Source: Candidatus Borrarchaeum weybense (GTDB lineage Archaea > Asgardarchaeota > Sifarchaeia > Borrarchaeales > Borrarchaeaceae). From it: a DNA stretch of 64,000 bases. The stretch is from NCBI GenBank assembly GCA_019057385.1, contig JAHQJS010000004.1:64001-128000 (forward strand), written 5' to 3'. Position numbers and translations under genes: made by a program. Numbering within the stretch: the stretch's first letter is position 1; the number at the start of each line of letters is the position of its first letter. Shown one piece after another: positions 59,560 to 64,000 of this stretch. Under the pieces are notes generated by a model. It had not been told where the DNA came from and did not search any database. It worked only from the letters and a program-made list of their open reading frames with translations.

Positions 59560-60084
59560 TTAATCACGTTGAATTCCTGTAATTGTCCTTAGCGTTTCAG
59601 CTAGTTTAGATGCAAAATTTTTGAATTTCAGATCAAGTATTTCAACTGAATCTTCCAATTCTTTCATTTTTTCAAGAAGACCTGAAAACGAATCGGTGTT
59701 TGCAGAATAGGTATTACTCAATTGCGTTTTTATCTCATTGAGGGATCTCTCCAGCAATTCAATAGAGGTAGACTGTTCTGTAAATAATTCTCTAAAAGAC
59801 ATTAAATCCTTTTGGATGGTTTCAAGAACCTCTTTTGTTAGGTTTTCAACTTCTTGTTTAATTAGAACTCCCATTTGTTGTAATATTGTATCACGTAAAG
59901 TCTGAATCGAGTCGGCAGTTTCTACTTTGAAATATTCTATTAATGCCTCAAGAACATTATGAATTCCAGAGGCTGTAGGAATTTTACCCTTTGGTGTATT
60001 TATTGTCTCAAGTGTTAATTTCAGTTTATTAGATGTCATGATTTTCTTAATCTCCTCATTGTCTTTATTCTCTGAGAGACCCAT
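59560..60084 (-). CDS. Hypothetical coiled-coil protein
   Basis: Heptad-rich 174-aa ORF divergent from the RING gene. Confidence 0.7.
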   Translation of the reverse strand: MGLSENKDNEEIKKIMTSNKLKLTLETINTPKGKIPTASGIHNVLEALIEYFKVETADSIQTLRDTILQQMGVLIKQEVENLTKEVLETIQKDLMSFRELFTEQSTSIELLERSLNEIKTQLSNTYSANTDSFSGLLEKMKELEDSVEILDLKFKNFASKLAETLRTITGIQRD

Positions 60085-60200
60085 TAAAAAGTAGCAAGAT
60101 TAATGATTGTAATTACTCATTAATTATTAAGAATTCCTGCATTATAAGTTATGCTGAAATGTTATTTTCTGCTTAATATCTAATGAAAGAGAGATAGAAA

Positions 60201-60584
60201 ATGGTAGAGTCTCATTACATTGAACTAATAATAACCGAGAAGCCTGAAGATGACGAAGAAGATTTTCAAGGTGATGGTCTTTACATTACAACAACATTTG
60301 ACACGATCTCAAACAATATCGACCATTCAACGAGTGTTTTTGACGGTAATTATTTAATCTTAGAAACAAAATTTGTAGGGTCTTACGATTGGACCGAAGA
60401 AGAATTTTGCATGGTCTGTAAATTACCTATAAAGCGTTCAGATAACGCAGAGATTGTTAAATGCCCTTATTGTGGAACTAAAGCTCATAAAAAGCATTTA
60501 TTTGAATGGCTGAAAATAAGAAACGCTTGTCCCTTTTGTCGTCGTGAATTATCAAAAAGATCTGTTCTGTATATGGAGTCATAG
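60201..60584 (+). CDS. RING-finger protein (putative E3 ligase)
   Basis: CMVC...CPYC...H..H..EW.....CPFC; directly upstream of ubiquitin. Confidence 0.85.
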   Translation: MVESHYIELIITEKPEDDEEDFQGDGLYITTTFDTISNNIDHSTSVFDGNYLILETKFVGSYDWTEEEFCMVCKLPIKRSDNAEIVKCPYCGTKAHKKHLFEWLKIRNACPFCRRELSKRSVLYMES

Positions 60585-60663
60585 ATGAACGAAAGAAAAA
60601 ATAAGGATGTGGCTCATATTTCTCATGAAATACATTTTGGTTGAATGGAGGTATCGCAAAAAT

Positions 60664-60903
60664 ATGATTGTTCGAGTAGTAAGCGCTATCGGTGGTGGAG
60701 TGGTAGACGTAGATGTGCCCGAAACGTCAACTGTAAACGATGTAAAAAGCATTGTATCAAAAGAAAAGAAAATTCCTGCATCTACTGTACTGCTGGTTTT
60801 CAGAGGCAGGCAATTGCAGGATAATGAAGTTCTTGCTGAAGCAGGTGTAGGAGCGTACGATAAAGTGTACCTCATTACACGTACTGAGGGTGGAAACATT
60901 TAG
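60664..60903 (+). CDS. Ubiquitin-like protein with a GG-NI C-terminal propeptide
   Basis: Aligns to ubiquitin: VNDVK..V.....IP...LVFRGRQLQD...L......KVYLITRTEGG; GGAGG upstream of ATG 60664. Confidence 0.9.
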   Translation: MIVRVVSAIGGGVVDVDVPETSTVNDVKSIVSKEKKIPASTVLLVFRGRQLQDNEVLAEAGVGAYDKVYLITRTEGGNI

Positions 60904-61009
60904 TGTAATATTTCCTGTTTTTTATTGACCAAATAACTAGAGATTGTTTTCAATGAATTGTAGTAACCTTTAATGAGTAAAAAACTGCAAATGTCAATAG
61001 GGATTAAAG

Positions 61010-61432
61010 ATGATCATAAAGATCTCTGATAGCACGCTCTGTAAGGCAATAAGGCGAACTTCTGAAGTTTCAACTGAATCAGGTGGAATACTTGTAGGAA
61101 AAATGAAAGACGAAGAACTTCTCATTAATGGATTAGAAACTGGTCAACAGAGCGCCACACATGTTCATGTGACTTTACATGATGAGTTCTTAGTCGAAAC
61201 AGCAACTAAGTATGCTGAAAGAGACGAAAAAATCGTAGGTTGGTATCACTCTCACCCGAAAATGGGGTGTTTTATGTCTAGCACAGATATTGACACTCAA
61301 CGGAGATACCAAGCATTATTTCCCAATGCAGTAGCATTAGTTATAGATCCACAACGCCCAATTTTTCGATTTTATCAGGTAGAGGACTCAAGCTACACAT
61401 CTGTTGAATATGATGTTTTAGAAAACATTTAG
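61010..61432 (+). CDS. JAB1/MPN+ (JAMM) deubiquitinase, Rpn11/AMSH-like
   Basis: E.GGILVG, VGWYHSHP....FMSSTD..TQ, ALVIDP. Confidence 0.92.
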   Translation: MIIKISDSTLCKAIRRTSEVSTESGGILVGKMKDEELLINGLETGQQSATHVHVTLHDEFLVETATKYAERDEKIVGWYHSHPKMGCFMSSTDIDTQRRYQALFPNAVALVIDPQRPIFRFYQVEDSSYTSVEYDVLENI

Positions 61433-61518
61433 CAATTTGATATGTCATAACACATCTGACTTTTCTCTTCTAAATGGAAAAAATAGCTTTTCCTATCAGA
61501 GAATATGGAAATAAGCTA

Positions 61519-62535
61519 TTATTGGCTTTCTTCTTTGTCTTCCCAATCTTTATAGGCATCTGTCTCGGCGACAAAGGCATCAAAAAACTTCTTTACACTG
61601 CCTAAAGTAGACTCAACGGCACGAAGCTCGTGAATATCTTCTCTCATTTTTGCAATTTCTTCATAAAGACCTTTCAAAAGCGATAAGAGTTCTTCTCTAG
61701 ATTTAGTTAAAGCTTCTTTTTCGCCTAAAGAACTTTCTACAAATTTTCTTATTTCTTCGACTGTTGGTTGCATATCCATCAGACTAACGCCCGTTTGAAG
61801 AAGATCCGTCGCTCTTTCAATTTCGATTCTTGCTTTTTCATCTCTTTCATAAAGATCTTGTTTATCAGTTTCAAGTAGTTCCCTTACGTCGCTCTGAAGG
61901 TTTCCAAAGGTTTCTGGGAGGGTTGCAGCGAATTCAGCAAACTCATCCAGTCGATTGAGACGAGACTCAACATTTTGCATAGTCTCATTTATTTTAGAGA
62001 GATTATCATCAATTTTATTAGAAATGGTTGTTGTTATCGTTTCTATTTCATCAAAACCTGTTGCTTTTTTTATGCCTTCACGAATTTCTTTGATGATTTC
62101 ATTTCCTGGAAATTTCATGAGTTCAAGATGTATAGCTTCTACAGTCTCTTGTCGCGCAAATCCCTCCATTTTTTCTGATAATGGGCTGATATCAGGTGAT
62201 TGGACATCTGTTCGATTAGCAAAAGACTCTAAAGCCGTTTTAATCTCATTAATGACTTCTGAAGAAATACCGCTTGATTCTGCTTGAGTTGGTACATTAA
62301 CACTTTCAATTTTTTCAAGGATTTCAATAAGCGTATTTTCATGTGCCATTTCAGCACCCAGAGTGTTAATTAACTCTTTAATAGGCTCGATATCTAATTT
62401 TGCTTTTATTTCTTGCTTAGGGGCATTGCCTAAGAGCTGTACAAGATTAAATTTTATTTCTTCCAAAGAATCATTGATTGAATTAAGTTGTTCATTAATT
62501 TCATCGTCTTTTTTCTTTTTTGACAAGATTGACAC
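61519..62535 (-). CDS. Hypothetical acidic coiled-coil protein
   Basis: 338-aa heptad-rich ORF inside the ubiquitin-ESCRT locus. Confidence 0.72.
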   Translation of the reverse strand: MSILSKKKKDDEINEQLNSINDSLEEIKFNLVQLLGNAPKQEIKAKLDIEPIKELINTLGAEMAHENTLIEILEKIESVNVPTQAESSGISSEVINEIKTALESFANRTDVQSPDISPLSEKMEGFARQETVEAIHLELMKFPGNEIIKEIREGIKKATGFDEIETITTTISNKIDDNLSKINETMQNVESRLNRLDEFAEFAATLPETFGNLQSDVRELLETDKQDLYERDEKARIEIERATDLLQTGVSLMDMQPTVEEIRKFVESSLGEKEALTKSREELLSLLKGLYEEIAKMREDIHELRAVESTLGSVKKFFDAFVAETDAYKDWEDKEESQ

Positions 62536-62829
62536 CCTGTTTTTTCGTGAAGTTACATTAACGTGATTTATTCTGAAAACAAATTTGCTTTAGTAAGTAT
62601 TGACACTATGATAAATAAAATTATTTCTCCTTTAGATTTTGTTAGGGGGATTTAATATGCATCAAAGCATTATTCTATGGTTAAAAAACTGCAAAATTGA
62701 CAAACGCCAATTTATTCCATGAAACAGATTGTTGGAAAGATAACATTAATGTAGTATTGGGTGAATTAATAATATGAAACCTTATTAATCATCGTAAAAC
62801 TTCTGAAATTTCGTTAGGAGGTTAACTTA

Positions 62830-63567
62830 GTGATTAACGCTGATTTTATACTCGCTCGCGAAACACAGTTGATGTATCAACGTGCAAAAGAGTTTAACCC
62901 AGTTAATGGTAACCTAAGACATTGGAGAGGTTTTCTGCCTGGCCGTGGATCGTATATTGGCTCAAAATTTGAAATTGATATTTATATCCCTTATGAGTTT
63001 CCGAGAAAACCTCCAGACGTCTGGATAAGGAATGTGAAGCATCCCAACGTAGATGCGCAAGGAAAATTGCATATGAAGATACTGGAACACGGTTGGCGTG
63101 GTGATTTTCATATTTATCACGTGGTCAATTCATTCAAAGGTTTATTTGCTAGAGCTCCCCTTGTTCCGGTAGGCGTAAAACCACCCCCGCCTTCTACTAA
63201 ACTTGTAGAAGAAACAGAAAAATTCAAACGACAGTCAGATGTCCTAGAAAGTGAGGTCGAACGACTTCAGGGAGTTATAATGAACAAAGATGATGAACTT
63301 GTACGATTAAAAGCAAGAATGACCGTTCATAACCTTCCTGAAACTGGAGAAGTTCGTAAAGAAGAAGTAATTCATACCTCAGCAACTACCGAAACTCTGC
63401 AGATGGACTTAGAGAGCGAAAAGATTGCAGTTGTTGATCTTATTGAAAATTTGGAGGAGAAGTTCAGAGAAGGAGAAATTGCGGCAGTTGAATATAGCAA
63501 ACTCTATAAGCGGTATTCCAAAGAGCTCTATCTCCTTAACAAGAAAATAGAGGAATCAAAAAAATAG
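62830..63567 (+). CDS. ESCRT-I Vps23/TSG101-like protein (UEV + coiled coil + steadiness-box-like C-terminus)
   Basis: UBC fold (FP..PP.V....HPNVD..G.L) with His in place of the catalytic Cys, Pro-rich linker, coiled coil, LEEKF..GEI....Y.KLY....ELY. Confidence 0.82.
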   Translation: MINADFILARETQLMYQRAKEFNPVNGNLRHWRGFLPGRGSYIGSKFEIDIYIPYEFPRKPPDVWIRNVKHPNVDAQGKLHMKILEHGWRGDFHIYHVVNSFKGLFARAPLVPVGVKPPPPSTKLVEETEKFKRQSDVLESEVERLQGVIMNKDDELVRLKARMTVHNLPETGEVRKEEVIHTSATTETLQMDLESEKIAVVDLIENLEEKFREGEIAAVEYSKLYKRYSKELYLLNKKIEESKK

Positions 63568-63603
63568 AATATGACATGAGCGAAATCTAATGGAGGATTC
63601 TGC

Positions 63604-64000
63604 ATGGCACGCGAAAAAGATCAGGTAGAACTTGAAGCCGAACTATTTGCAACAATTGCAACGTTAGATACACTCACCAAAAGTCTCATTGAGGGAGATT
63701 TAGATCCCACCCTCTATAAACGCCAACTGAGATCTCTGATGAGAGACGCATTTAAAGCACGTATAAAATTGGACACACTGAATTTCAGTCTGGACACATT
63801 CATAAAAAAGGAGCAGATTATTGAAAAATTCCCTTATGGAGCAGAACGTTTACGTGTTGCTGAGGGCGATATACCTTCTATGCCGGCCACTGGTAAAGGT
63901 TCCATCGACACAATAGGTCCTTCTTTCGTCTCTGTTTCCAACATAGCTGCTAAGACAGCAGATGTAGTAGCCGATATGATTGAACTGATTGATCTTGCAA
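63604..64000 (+). CDS. ESCRT-I Vps28-like protein, partial (runs off the window; absent from the ORF track)
   Basis: Manual translation MAREKDQVELEAELFATIATLDTLTKSLIEGDL...Y.RQL..L...F...ERL...KTADVVADMIELIDLA resembles Vps28; follows the Vps23-like gene; GGAGG upstream. Confidence 0.78.
   Translation, partial: MAREKDQVELEAELFATIATLDTLTKSLIEGDLDPTLYKRQLRSLMRDAFKARIKLDTLNFSLDTFIKKEQIIEKFPYGAERLRVAEGDIPSMPATGKGSIDTIGPSFVSVSNIAAKTADVVADMIELIDLA

Noticed and set aside
1-64000. CRISPR array, rRNA genes, tnpA or integrase
   Set aside because: None recognised by eye; in-frame BHB introns in other genes cannot be excluded without a computational scan

Overview
AT-rich archaeal window that looks like an Asgard archaeon, based on a RING E3 / ubiquitin / JAB deubiquitinase / UEV-Vps23 / Vps28 locus at the right end, an E2F/DP-like winged helix, and eL38/eS25/eL40. 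It holds a large glycosylation region (six GT-C membrane glycosyltransferases, two GT4, one GT2), housekeeping genes (pcm, trm5, alba, NusA-like, aspS, truD, pth2, EF-1beta, psmA-SBDS-rrp4, trmI, hef, tfb), a FAD/Fe-S oxidoreductase module and tandem FIST genes. The main finding is a 40-nt tRNA-type (bulge-helix-bulge, BHB) intron inside a protein-coding gene, an Lrp/AsnC-type transcription factor at 19290-19806 (-). The intron carries an in-frame stop and shifts the frame, and cutting at the canonical BHB positions restores a full 158-aa ORF. The two tRNA genes, Lys(CTT) and Val(CAC), carry three and two BHB introns, mostly at non-canonical sites. There is also a graded IS200/IS605-TnpB family: two tnpB elements, three tnpB-less omegaRNA cassettes (one inserted silently at a stop codon) and a 47-bp single-hairpin mini-element. 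All calls were made by eye and no database searches were run.
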